A stretch of 64,000 nt of DNA, taken from Eledone cirrhosa (lineage: Eukaryota). A program made the translations under genes and the position numbers. The stretch spans positions 5,828,001 through 5,892,000 of the forward strand of contig OZ024740.1 of assembly GCA_964016885.1 (NCBI GenBank), read 5' to 3'. The notes beneath the pieces were generated by a model. That model saw only the letters and a list, made by a program, of their open reading frames with translations. It made no database searches and was not told where the DNA came from. Shown here piece by piece: positions 1 through 12,898 of this stretch (position 1 is its first letter; each line of letters opens with the position of its first letter).

Positions 1-495
1 TGCATGTATGTACATATATATACATACTACTGTACGTCTGTATACATATATGTATGTACGTGTACATACTTATATTTAAGTAACAGCCGTACTAAGAGTG
101 GGAAATAAAATTTCGTTTCATTTTTTCCGTTTATCGTTTTCGGTGCACCCGGCCGATTAACCCACTCGATATGCAAATTGGGCTACTCAGCCGTTAATAT
201 GCATAAGGTAAGTATATACATTCAACAATCTGGCAGGAAGGAATACGCTGCTGACGATAGCTAATAAGCTTGAAACTAGTACAGTGTTCCTTTTGCAGTG
301 TTGAACAAACGAGCAGCGATGGTTGCTAGACACTACGGCTTAATACGGGATGTTTATTTACAAACACACCGAACATTATAATAAATGTTCGGTGAATCCA
401 TACGTACATATATATATGTGTGCATGTATGTATATATATATACATACTAGTGTACGTCTGTATACATATATGTATGTACGTGTACATACTTATAT
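1..495 (+). mobile_element. Non-autonomous Penelope/retrozyme-like unit (~420-bp period) carrying a hammerhead-like motif
   Basis: 1-75 is repeated almost identically at 421-495; the unique interior carries a hammerhead-like core at 245-287. May extend left of the window. Confidence 0.5.
245..287 (+). ncRNA. Minimal type I hammerhead ribozyme-like motif
   Basis: Stem I ACGCTG/CAGTGT, core CTGACGA (251-257), short stem II AGC/GCT, GAAA (272-275), palindromic stem III ACTAGT, GTA cleavage triplet. The stem II closing pair is imperfect. Confidence 0.65.
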
Positions 496-552
496 ATATA
501 TATATATCTACATATATATATCTACATATACATATTTACATCTACATATATA

Positions 553-1460
553 TCATCATCATCATCATCATTACCGTTTTACGTCCGTTCTTCCACGCTA
601 GCATGGGTTAGACGGGTTGTCCTGTTGTGGGCAGTGTCTGGTCGGCTGACCATGCCTTGCTCATGCAGGAACTGATTTGGTTTGATTTCTGCAGCTGGAT
701 GCCCTTCCTAACACCAACCTCATTTACAGTGAGTGCTGGGTGCTTTTTCGTGCCGCCTACAAGTCCACTTTACAGTGTGGGCTGGGTGCTTTTTTTGCCA
801 TGGCACCTCCACGACCACCTTGCAGTGGGGGGGTGTGGGGGCATATTGTCTATATGCCTCAGCTTGTACCCATGGGAGGTAGGGTACTCTGTATTACTGC
901 GTGACGCCAAAGGTCACGGTCGTGTGTCATCGCCTTGGAGAGGTGTAATTGGGTAAGGTCGACTTTTATCACCTCATCCCAGGTCATCTTGGGTCTGCCC
1001 ACTCCGCGGTTTCCATCGACTTCTAGTGTTCTGCACCTTTTTATGCAGCTGTCATCCTTCATACACATCACATGTCCATACCAACACAACCGCCTCTCCT
1101 GCACACAGCATTTGATTCCTCTTATGCCCAGTCTCTCTCTCAATTCATTTATGCTTTGTCGGTCGCGTATATTACTGTTACACATCCATCGGAGCATGCA
1201 GGCTTCGTTTCTCTCTAATCTACGTAAGTCTTCCACTTTCAGTGCCTAGGTCTCACTACCATGCAACATTGCTGTTCGGATACACGCATCATACAGTCTG
1301 CCTTTCATTCTGAGGGAGAAGCCTTTTGCAGCTAGCAGTGGCAGTAGTTCCCTGAACTTCTTCCATCCCGTTCTTACCCTAGTTATTGTACTTTGTGAAC
1401 ACCCACCTCCGCTGCTAATTTGGTCACCTAGGTAGCAGAAGTTGTCTACTGTTTCTACAG
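553..1460 (-). mobile_element. RTE-clade LINE, 5'-truncated (RT C-terminus, 3'UTR, (GAT)n tail)
   Basis: ORF 859-1236 (LRRLERNEACMLRWMC...RRLCWYGHV...GRPKMTW) is a typical RTE C-terminus; (CAT)n tail at 554-571. Confidence 0.9.
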
Positions 1461-1464
1461 TTTC

Positions 1465-1660
1465 TACATATGTACATATATATATATATCTACATATATA
1501 TATCTACATATATATATCTACATACATATATCTACCTATATATATCTACATATATATATCTAGATATATATATCTACATATATATATCTACATATATATA
1601 TTTACATATATGTCGATATATATCTGTAGATATATATATGTATATATATATATGTATATA

Positions 1661-1744
<84 letters not shown>
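1465..1744. repeat. (TA)n / TATATCTACA compound microsatellite
   Basis: Seen directly; similar tracts at 2550-2865, 5356-5462, 6925-7212 and many later positions. Confidence 0.95.
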
Positions 1745-1745
<1 letters not shown>

Positions 1746-2549
1746 CTTTGAATAACTTTGAAATGTTTTGGCCAGTATTGGCCCAGGCCATGTCTAACTT
1801 AATAGCACCACCTGGCGAAGTCTTTCAATTCAGGATTTGGGCACCATGGCCCATTCGAGAAGAGAATTAGTTTGCGGAGACATATCCGGGTGTGGGTGGT
1901 TTGTCCGGGTTTACTTGGAGGAATTTGTCCAAAGTCTTCTTGAATTTTGTGTGGTCAGTTTCTGTTTTGACGTGTCCTGGTGTGATGTTGAAGAGAGCAG
2001 GGCCAATTGAGGTGAAATAATTGTGCCGTATTGTTGTTATGATTTGCGATTTAGATTTTTGTTTGGGACGGATAGCACGGGGCCCAAGCCTTGGGTGTAT
2101 TTTGAAGGTGATGCCAACATCATTTGGGCAGTGCTGATGAAACATTTTCCACATTATGCAGATAATATAACGCTCACGGCGACGTTGGAGTGAGTAAAGT
2201 TTCAGCTTTTCTAGTCGACCCCAGTAGTCAAGGTCTGACATGCCATCTATCTTTTTCGTGATTGCCCTTTGGGGAGCTTCAAGTTTCATGATACTTTGTT
2301 TCGTGTGGGGAGACCACAGTGGACAACAGTATTCAAGGTGTGGTCGGGCAAAAGTAGAGAAGGATAATGGTGTGGGAATCTCTCGACTGGAAGGTTCTGA
2401 GGATCCAGGAACACATTCTGCGGGCCATGTCAACTTTGCTGCTTATATGCGTGGCCCAGCTTATGTTGCTGTCCACGGTTACTCCCAAGTCTCTGTTGGC
2501 GTTAGATGCTACGAGAGTTTCACCGGAGGGAAGGGAGTACGGGAGTTTC

Positions 2550-2550
<1 letters not shown>
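1744..2550 (-). mobile_element. CR1/L2-like LINE, 3' fragment
   Basis: [33 protein letters not shown] motifs; diverged homologue of the 3' end of the copy at 2866-5356. Confidence 0.85.
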
Positions 2551-2609
<59 letters not shown>

Positions 2610-2865
2610 GAAGATATATATATGTAGATATCTACATATGTATATCTATATATATGTAGATATATATATGTAGATATATGTATGTAGATATATATATGTA
2701 GATTTATATATGTAGATATATATATATGTAGATATATATATATATATCTATATATATGTAGATAAATATATGTAGATTTATATATGTAGATATATATATA
2801 TGTAGATATATATATATGTAGATATATATATATGTAGATATATATATATATGTATATATATATAT

Positions 2866-5356
2866 CCACAGCCTCAACCACTGACAGTCTTCTTGACTTC
2901 ATGAATGAGTTTTTCTTGTCCCAACTTGTCCTTGCACCAACGAGGCATCAGAAGAATATTCTGGATCTAGTGTTTAGTAACCACACTAATACTATACATA
3001 ATATTACAGTGGAAAAAACCCTTCTCTCAGACCATGACATGGTTCTTTGTAACCTGAGATTCCACCAGCCGAAAGCTAATCCTTGGGTGCTCTCTCCAGT
3101 CCACCCATTTGATAACATGGATCTCTACAATGCTAACTGGGATGCAATTATGAACGAACTATCACATGTTGACTGATCTTTAACACATGCACACACTTCC
3201 ACCAACATCAAAACATCTTGGCAGATCTTTGTAGATACTGTCACAAATATATGTACAAAACACACTCCACCAAAACCTGTCAAAAAAACAAAGTGCAGTA
3301 TCCCCCAAAACAGAAAAACAATTATCAGAAAAATAAAAAGAACAAATAAAAAAATTAACACACTAAAATACTGCCAACAGCAACACACACATTCAATGGC
3401 TATCACCCTGCTTGAGTCAAACAAATATAACCTCCAGCAATGCATGATGACCATCATCAATAACCAGAGAATAGCTGAAGAGAGGTGGGCCATTGAGAAA
3501 ATCAAACTCAACCCCAAAGTGTTCTTCTCACTCGCTAAAAAACACAAGGTCACCGTCTCCACTGTTGGCCCCTTAGTTGATGAAAATAGCACACTCCAGG
3601 ACAATGCCAAAACCATGGACAAGATACTGCAGAAACAATACTGCTCTGTTTTCAGCAACCCTGATATGGCCGATCTGGCCCGTGTCAGTGATATTAACCC
3701 CCAACACACTATATCAGACATAACGTTTGGCGCCCCTGATGTCTTAGCGGCAATAAACAAAATTAAACACAATTCAGCAGTAGGCCCCTACAGGTTCCCT
3801 GCTTGTGTCCTGAAGGTGTGTCGACACCAACTTGCAACTCCTCTTGCTAATCTGTGGAGGAACTCACTGGGCACTGGCTATATTCCTGAAAACTTTCTGT
3901 CCCAGTCCGTTGTCCCAGTCTTCAAAAAAAGGGAAATAACTCCCTTGCAGGGAACTACCGTCCGATCTCACTCACCTCTCATATTATCAAGGTATTTGAG
4001 AGGATGGTGAGATCATGAATAACCCACTTTCTTGAAAGCAACGGCCTGCTGAACTCCAACCAACATGGGTTCCGTAATGGAAGGGACTGCCTAACGCAGC
4101 TCCTGCATCACATTGACGATGTTTTGAGAGCCTTGGGAGAGGGCTCCAACACAGATGTCATCTACCTTGATTTCAGAAAAAACTATCCAATGTTGGTGTC
4201 TCTGGAAGGTTACTACAGTGGATCAAATGTTTCCTGACAGGCAGAACTCAGCATGTTGTAGTCGAAGGAGTAAAATCAAGCCCTGCCAAAGTCAGAAGTC
4301 GCGTTCCACAAGGCACTGTGTTGGGCCCACTTCTTTTCATCATCTACATCAATGACATTACTGACATCATCAAACACAGTAACATCAGAATCTTCGCAGA
4401 TGATTCCAAGCTCCAAAGGGTCATCAATGAGGTGGTTGACCGGACTTGCCTTCAGTCAGACCTACTGGCTGTTATCCAATGGGCAGAGATGAATAATATG
4501 CTGTTGAATGAGGATAAATTTGAACTAATCCACTTTGGAAAAAAGGATTCTCTGAAAATACTATACTCTCTTCCTTCGGGTGAAACTCTAGTGGCTTCCA
4601 ATAACATCAGAGACCTGGGAGTAGTTGTGGACAACGATATAAGCTGGGCCACTCATATAAACAGCAAAGTTGATATGGCCCGCAGAATTTGTTCCTGGAT
4701 TCTCAGAACTTTCCAATCGAGAGATATCCACACTGTTGTCCTTCTCTTCTCTACTTTTGTCCGACCCCACCTTGAATACTGTTGTCCACCGTGGTCACCC
4801 CACACGAAACAAAGTATCATGAAAGTTGAAGCACCCCAAAGGTCAATTACAAAAAAGATAGTTGCCTTGACAGGCCTTGACTATTGGGGTCGATTAGAAC
4901 AGCTCAAACTTTATTCTCTTCAACGTTGCCATGAGCGCTACATTATCTGTATGATGTGGAAAATATTCCATTAGCTTTGCCCAAATGATGTTGGCATCAT
5001 CTTTAGTGCTTGGGCCCCGTGCTATCCGCCCACGACAAAAATCCCACTCGCATCACATAACAACAATACGTACAATTATTTCACTTCAATTGGCCCTGCT
5101 CTCTTTAACATTACACCAAAACACATCAAAGCAGAGACAGAACCCATCAAGTTCAAGAAGTCTTTGGATAAATTCCTTCAAGAAATCCCGGATAAGCCTC
5201 CTACACCCGGATATGCCTCTGTAAACAATAACTCTCTGCTCGAGTGGGCCATGGTGCCCAAACACTGACTTGTAAGACTTCGCCAGGTGGTGGTATTAAG
5301 TTAGACATGGCCTGGGCCAATACTGGCCGAAACCTATCAAGAGTTATCAAGTGTTA
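2866..5356 (+). mobile_element. CR1/L2-like LINE, 5'-truncated and frameshifted (endonuclease end plus RT)
   Basis: PTR..NILDLVF and SDHDMV (APE end); LGPLLFIIYINDI, FADDSK, RDLGV, VRPHLEYC (RT); short repeated tail before (TA)n. Confidence 0.9.
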
Positions 5357-5461
5357 TATATATATATATGTAGATATATATATATGTAGATATATATATG
5401 TAGATGTAAATATGTAGATATATATATGTAGATATATATATATATATATGTAGATATATAT

Positions 5462-6130
5462 ATGGTAGTGAGACCTGGGTGCTGAAGGTGGAAGACTTAC
5501 GTAGATTAGAGAGAAACGAAGCCTGCATGCTCCGATGGATGTGTAACAGTAATATACGTGAACGACAAAGTATAAATGAATTGAGAGAGAGACTGAGCAT
5601 AAAAGGAATCAAATGCTGTGTGCAGGAGAGGCGGTTGCACTGGTATGGACATGTGATGCGTATGAAGGATGACAGCTGCATAAAAAGGTGCAGAGCACTA
5701 GAAGTTGATGGAAACCACGGAGTCGGGAGACCCAAGATGACCTGGGATGAGGTGATAAAAGCCGACCTTACCCAATTACACCTCTCAAATGCAATGACAC
5801 ACGACCTCCCATGGGTACAAGCTGAAGCATATAGACAATATGCCCCCACACCCCCCACCGCAAGGTGGTCGTGGAGGTGCCACGGCAAAAAAAGCACCCA
5901 GCCCACACTGTAAAGTGGACGTGTAGGCGCCAAGAAAAAGCACCCAGCACTCACTGTAAATGAGGTTGGTGTTAGGAAGGGCATCCAGCTGTAGAAATCA
6001 AGCCAAATCAGTTCCTGTATGAGCAAGGCATGGTCAGCCGACCAGACACTGCCCACAACAGGACAACCCGTCTAACCCATGCTAGCGTGGAAGAACAGAC
6101 GTAAAACGGTGATGATGATGATGATGATGA
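5462..6130 (+). mobile_element. RTE-clade LINE 3' fragment
   Basis: ORF 5479-5913 gives the RTE C-terminus; same 3'UTR and (GAT)n tail as 553-1460. Confidence 0.9.
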
Positions 6131-6177
6131 TAATGATATATGTAGATATATGTATGTAGATATATATATATGTAGAT

Positions 6178-6512
6178 CATCATCATTTCATTTTACGTCC
6201 ACTTTTCCCTGCTTGCAAGGGTCAGACAGTAACTGATTCTGGCTTGATTTCTACAGCTGGATGACCTTCCTAACACCAACCTCATTTACAGTGAGGGCTG
6301 GGTGCTTTTTTGCCGTGGCGCCTCCACAAACACTTTACAGTGGAATGATAGGGACCCCCGTCCCTATCATCTCATTTCTACAGCTGAGTAAACTGGAGCA
6401 ATGTGAAATAAAGTGTCTTGCTCAAGGAAACAACACATCATCCGGTCTGAGAATTGAACTCACAACCTTTCGATTGCAAGGCCAATGCTCTAACCACGTG
6501 CCATGTGCCTCC
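6178..6512 (-). mobile_element. tRNA-derived SINE with RTE-derived 3' tail
   Basis: Diverged reverse-complement copy of 6592-6924. Confidence 0.85.
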
Positions 6513-6591
6513 ATATATGCATATATCTATCGACACATATATATATATACGTATATATATACCTACATATGTATATATATATATACATATA

Positions 6592-6924
6592 GGAGGCACG
6601 TGGCTTAGTGGTTAGAGCATCGGCCTTGCAATCGAAAGGTTGTGAGTTCAATTCTCAGACCGGGTGATGTGCTGTTTCCTTGAGCAAGACACTTTATTTC
6701 ACATTGCTCCAGTTTACTCAGCTGTAGAAATGAGATGATAGGGACTGGGTCCCTATCATTCCACTGTGTAGGTGCCACTGCAAAAAAGCACCCCGCACTC
6801 ACTGTAAATGAGGTTGGTGTTAGGAAGGGCATCCAGCTGTAGAAATCAAGCCAGAATCAGTTCCCGTCCCACCCTTGCAAGCAGGGAAAAAGCGGACGTA
6901 AAATGAAATGATGATGAATGATGA
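6592..6924 (+). mobile_element. tRNA-derived SINE with RTE-derived 3' tail
   Basis: A-box TGGCTTAGTGG, B-box GTTCAATTC, central CCTTGAGCAAGACACTT segment, 3' part shared with the RTE 3'UTR (GGTTGGTGTTAGGAAGGGCATCCAGC), GAT tail. Confidence 0.85.
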
Positions 6925-7128
6925 TACATCTACATATATATATCTACATATATATATATATCTACATATATATATCTACATACATATATCTACATATATA
7001 TATATCTACATATATATATATATCTACATATATATATCTACATACATATATCTACATATATATATATCTACATAGCTAAATGGCGAGGGGGAGTGTCCAA
7101 ATCTCATCATATGTATATCTATGTATGA

Positions 7129-7170
<42 letters not shown>

Positions 7171-7212
7171 TGTGTGTATGTGTGTGTATGTGTGTATATA
7201 TATATATTTATA

Positions 7213-10200
7213 TCATCATCATCATCATCATCATCATTTAATCTTCCACGCTAGCATGGGTTTAGACGGGAATTGTCCCACTTGAGGCAAGAATGGTTGG
7301 GTGACCATGTCTCGCTCGTATAGGACTCTCTGGGAGGTTTTCTACGGCTGGATGCCCTTCCTAACACCAACCACGTTTACAGTGCGAACTGGGAGATTTT
7401 TACCGTGTTACCTACATGGCCATATTACAGCGTGGACTGTGTTTCTTTGTCGTGACACCTACACGACCTCATTTATTTTGGACTAGATGTAGTACCAACA
7501 TAACTTTACAGGGAAAGGGGTGGTGTTGATGGGGGTGGGAGAGTTGGGGTAGTAGGAGGGTGGTGTATATTTAATTAAGAGGTGCCTACTGACTGTAGGT
7601 TTCGCTTTGTATATAGGCAAGGCGGGTCTTCTGTATTACTGTGTAGCACCAAAGATCTCGGTCCAGTGACATTGTCTTAGAGAGGTGCAAGTGTCTAAGG
7701 TCGGAATTTATCAAATCATCTCAGGTTTTTCTGGGTCTACCTACTCCGTAGCTTCCATCTAATTTGATCGCCCTGCATTTTTTTATACAGCTGTCGTCTT
7801 TCATGCGCATCATGTGACCATACCAACGTAGTCTTCTCTCGAGTAAACAGCATCTGATCCCTCTTATTTCTAATTTCTCACTTAGTTCATTTATGCTTTG
7901 CCGATCACGTATATTACTATTACGCATCCAACGGAGCATACAAGCCTCGTTCCTCTCCAGTTTGCGCAGGTCTTCTGCACGTAATGCCCATGTCTCACTG
8001 ACATGTAACATTGCTGTTCGTATGCAGTCATCATACAGTCTGCCTTTCATTTTTAGAGAGAAACCTTTAGCAGCCAATAGTGGTATAAGCTCTCTGAACT
8101 TTTTCCATCCCGTTCTGACTCTAGCTACTGTACTTTCAGAGCACCCTCCGCCACTGCTGATTTTGTCACCCAGGTAACAGAAGGTGTCTACTATTTCTAT
8201 AGAACCATCTGGACAATGGAATGAGCTAGTATTCTGTGGGCACTTGCTGCTACTTATTGCCCCTGAGCACCAGCCACATATAAAATCTATGTTCTTAGTT
8301 AGTTTACCTGTGATCGCACTACGTCTTTTATGCACCCATACTTTGCATTTGGGACATAAAATGGAGTTTCTGTCTGATCCTTTCCTACATACTGAGCATG
8401 GCCATTTTCCAGAGGGGACCAATGCCCTATTTTCCTTCCTACATACTAGAACTTTAGTCTTAGACAAGTTAATTTTAAGGCCTTTTGATTCAAGGCCATG
8501 CTTCCAAGTTTGAAATTTCTCCTATAGTTCAGCCATTGATTGAGCTACGAGCGTTAGATCATCTGCGTATAGAAGTTCCCATGGGAAGCTTTCTGTTATA
8601 GCCTGAAGGGCAATAATAAATAGGAGGGGGCTAAGGACAGATCCCTGTTTAACACCGACTTTTACGTTAAATTCTTCACTATATTAGTTGTTAATTCTAA
8701 CCTTGCTGACTGTTTCTTTATATATGGCTTGTATAGCTCTCACGAGCCATTCATCAACACCTAGTTTTCTAAGAGCCCACCAGATAATGGAGCGGAGGAC
8801 TCTGTCAAAGGCTTTCTCCAAGTCAACAAAAGCTAAGTATAGGGGTTTACTTTTATCTAGGAACTTCTACGGTAGTTGTCGTACAAGAAAAGAGCGTCTG
8901 TGGTATTTTTAACTGACACAAACCCTAACTGCATCTCATCTAGATCAATTCGCTCTCTGATTAGTTGCGCTATAACTTTTCATTGACCTTCATGACCTGG
9001 TCAATTAATTTAATGCCTCTATAGTTTCCCCTATCTAGAACATCCCCTTTACCCTTGTAGTAGTTAATGATGATGATGCTATACCAGTCATTTGGTATGA
9101 CCCCATTTTGTATGACTTGGTTTACTATACGGGAGACCATAGTGTGTCCCATCGATCCAGATGCTTTCAGCATTTCAGCAACTATCTCCGAAGGCCCATC
9201 TTCTTTGCCTGTCTTGATATCTTTGATTGCCTTATTTATTATACTACTTTCAACTTGCACTGCTGGTCCCTCTATTGGATCAATTTGGGGCAGACTATCT
9301 TTTTCCCACTTATTCCCCTCATTTAGTAGCCTCTCGTAGTGACACTTCCAAGCTACCTTCTTATCAGCGTCAGTGATGACAAATATACCACCATCATTAT
9401 GGACACACTTCTCCCCGACAATATCACGGGTTCCTGATACCTCACATTTTTCGTCCTCGCATTGTATAACATGCTTGAACTTGCTTCCCTTCTTGCAAGG
9501 TACACTGTCTCCTAGCTTCCCTCCTGGCCACTTGATATAATGTTCTCTACTTCCCTCATCCCGCCATACTTTCCAAGTTACTCTCCTCCTGCCTATAGGT
9601 CAGCTCCAGCCACAGATTTCATCTGTCGCCTTCAGCAGGTTAAATTTCAGGAAATCCCACTGTTCCTCTATATTGTACGACTCTAATTGCTCTTCCTTAC
9701 TGTCAAAAGCATCAAGCAGTATGCTTTTAAATTTGTTACTGGTTGTGGGGTCCTTTAACTTCCATATTCTACTTCTCAGGGTGGTCCTCCTCTGTTGTCG
9801 AGTACCTCTCGTCCTGACTATGAGGTCGCTAACTATGAGGCTATGTTGGGAGGTGCATTCTTCGCGGGGGAAGGATTTAGTGTTTACAACAGACACTCTG
9901 TCACGTCTTCTGGTAAGGATATAATCTATCTGACTGGCGTGTTCCCCTGATCTATAGGTGATCAAGTGATTGTCTCGTTTTTTGAAGTTTGTGTTGCAGA
10001 TAGTTAGGTTATTTGTGTCACAGAATTGCAGGATTCTGGAGACTTACTCATTTCTAGTACCAAACCCGTAGCCTCCATGGATCCGTCATAGCCATCACAA
10101 TGTTGTCCAACGCGACCACTTAGGTCGCCAGCAATAATTATGTAGTCTCTGTCGGTTATTTGGGAGGTAGTGTGTATTAGCGACTCATAGAATATGTCTT

Positions 10201-10989
10201 TTATAGCGCCAGGCAGTCCGGGTTGGAGTGCGTACGCAGATATTACTGTCACAGTAGTTCTATTTAGGACAAGTCTTATTTTAATTATTCTGTCGTTCAC
10301 TCTATTTATGTCAATTACCTTATCTACCCATTTTTCTGCTAACTTGATTCCTACCCCACCCAGCCCATTGTCATTTCCCACCCAGAAAAGTTTACAGCAT
10401 CGTTTTTTACCCACAATGAATCTAGCAGACCCACCCCTCCACCTAGTCTCTTGGAGGCAACACACATCAACTTCCTTACGTTCAAGCATCTCTACAACCT
10501 CGTTAGAGTGACCTTTTAAAGTGCCTACATCCATGATACCAACTCTGAAGTTTTGGATTTCGTTTCATGGTGGAAGGGATGGGTTGGAGGTGTAGGGAGG
10601 GGTGAGGGAGATGGGGTTATGTTTGCCATCTGCGTCTGAAATAAACAGGAATCCTTGCATTTTCGTCCGGCCACATGAGGTGTATTTATCTTTATCTTTG
10701 ACATTGTCATTTGAGTGTCCAGATTCTGCGTTCTCTCCAGAATGCCACAGTCCATCTAGCATATGAAAGGCAACCAGGTTTAAACTTTAGGAGTGAATAG
10801 CCGAGGCGGTGGTTTTGTGTAAGAGATTGGTAAGAGAGACGTATAAGCCGGTGAATTATGATTGGACCATATAATAATGGGGGAGGGATATGGGGAAGTT
10901 AACGAGAAGGTTATTTTTTAAAATCTAAACCTATAAACAGACATATAACAGTAATCAATGTTTAAATACGAGCAGGTTATTGAATGAAC

Positions 10990-10990
<1 letters not shown>
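7213..10990 (-). mobile_element. Near full-length decayed RTE LINE (APE endonuclease, RT, PHD-like finger, 3'UTR)
   Basis: VGTLKG..CCLQETRW (10004-10534), SQIDYIL (9600-9965), KGKGD..NYRGIKL (8970-9260), C-terminal ORF 7721-8467; multiple stops and frameshifts; flanked by (TA)n. Confidence 0.9.
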
Positions 10991-11037
<47 letters not shown>

Positions 11038-11097
11038 GTGAGGTTTTATTTACAAAATGAAAAATAACCGAGGTGTCCTACACGAGTGAAAGTATAA

Positions 11098-11328
11098 AGA
11101 AAAAAAGATGAAATCAAAAATGCAACTGGAGTCTTATTTAAAAAATATATATATATTTATTTGGTTCCTTTACCGGTTTTGCAGTTCTTCTGCTTTTCAA
11201 AAGTAGAGTTGAGATGGAGGGTCTGTGGTTTTTCTCACATCTTTTGAAAAGCAAAAGAACTGCGAAACCGGTAGAGGAACCAAATAAATATATATTCCAG
11301 TTGCATTTTCGATTTCATCCTTTTTTCT
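11098..11328. repeat. Fold-back inverted repeat with the 3' half of a hammerhead (Penelope pLTR-like)
   Basis: Arms ~11098-11203 and ~11241-11328; the right arm contains GAAACCGGTA (11264-11273). Confidence 0.7.
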
Positions 11329-11669
11329 ATCATCATCATCATCGTTTAACGTTCATCTTCCATGCTTGCATGGGTTTGGACGGGAGTTTTCCCACTTGAG
11401 GCAAGATTTGTTGTCCTGCTCGTATAGGACTGTCTGGCAGGTTTTCTACGGCTGGATGCCCTTCCTAACACCAACCACGTTTACAGTGTGGACTGGGAGG
11501 TTTTTACCGTGTTACCTACACGGCCACATTACAGAGTGGACTGTGTGTTTTTTTTTGTTGTGACACCTACACGACCTCATTTGTTTCGGACTGGATGTTG
11601 AGGTACCAACATAACTTCACATTTAAGATGGCGGTGTGGACGGGGTGGGGGTATTGGGACGGGGGTGTA

Positions 11670-11672
<3 letters not shown>
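11329..11672 (-). mobile_element. RTE 3'UTR-only fragment
   Basis: (CAT)n tail plus 3'UTR homologous to 36600-36925 and 43250-43597. Confidence 0.85.
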
Positions 11673-11753
<81 letters not shown>

Positions 11754-11755
<2 letters not shown>

Positions 11756-11944
11756 CGAAGGAAGTGTGGTAAGGAACCAGGTGGACCATAACGCACCAAA
11801 GTACTCGATACTTGAGGTAGTAGAGTGGGTAATAGGAACCAGTAAGACCCCGACAGCTGAGCTCAAGCCGTTTCGACGGCTAATTCTGTCCAGAATTAGC
11901 CGTCGAAACGGCTTGAGCTCAGCTGTCGGGGTCTTACTGGTTCC

Positions 11945-12002
<58 letters not shown>

Positions 12003-12194
12003 GGAACGAGTAGGACATCGACGGCTGAGCTCAAGCCGTTTCGACGGCTAATTCTGGACCAGAATTAGCCGTCGAAACGGCTTGAGCTCAGCCGTCGGGG
12101 TCCTACTCGTTCCTATTACCCACTCTACTACCCTAAGTTTTGAGTACTTTGGTGCGTTATGGTCCACCTGGTTCCTTACCACATTTCCTTTGTT
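11754..12194. mobile_element. Penelope-like pseudo-LTR copies arranged as two palindromes around a (TA)n tract
   Basis: Palindrome centres near 11889 and 12058; the same sequence recurs at 38288-38745 and terminates the GIY-YIG fragment at 39828-39955. Confidence 0.75.
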
Positions 12195-12489
12195 ATATAT
12201 ATATATATATAATATATATATATATACACACACATATATATATATATGTGTGTGTGTGTGTATGTGTGTGTGTATATATATATGTATGTAGAAAATAAAT
12301 GTAAAGAAATAAAAAACTTCTCAGTAATAAGCCAGAGAAGATATCCCCCTCTCTCACACCGACCCCTTAAACACCGAATAACAAAATCACTCCCTAATGA
12401 TTTTTGTGCTAATTACAAAAGTATTCAATTAATTAAGGGAGAGGTTTTGGCTATTATTAGTGTTGTTGTTAATGTTGTTCTTATTGTTA

Positions 12490-12510
12490 GCAGTGGTGGT
12501 GGTAGATTGA

Positions 12511-12582
<72 letters not shown>

Positions 12583-12643
12583 GTAGTAGTATTAGTGGTG
12601 GTGGTGGTGGTGGTGGTGATAATAGTAGTATTATTATTATTAT

Positions 12644-12701
<58 letters not shown>

Positions 12702-12730
12702 GGTGGTGGTAGTAGTAGTAGTGGTGGTGA

Positions 12731-12782
<52 letters not shown>

Positions 12783-12865
12783 GGTGATAGTAGTAGTAGT
12801 AGTAGTGGTGGTGGTAGATTGATAGTAGCAGTAGTAGTAGTAATAGTAGTGGTAGTAGTAGTAGG

Positions 12866-12898
<33 letters not shown>

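Noticed and set aside
171-178. Octamer ATGCAAAT as a regulatory site
   Set aside because: A single 8-mer inside a repeat unit; expected by chance in AT-rich DNA.
1442-2902. YI/IY-repeat ORFs (also at 13158, 34009, 37113, 38352)
   Set aside because: Translations of (TA)n microsatellites, not proteins.
6592-6665. tRNA gene
   Set aside because: Has A and B boxes but no proper acceptor stem and continues into the SINE body; it is a SINE head.
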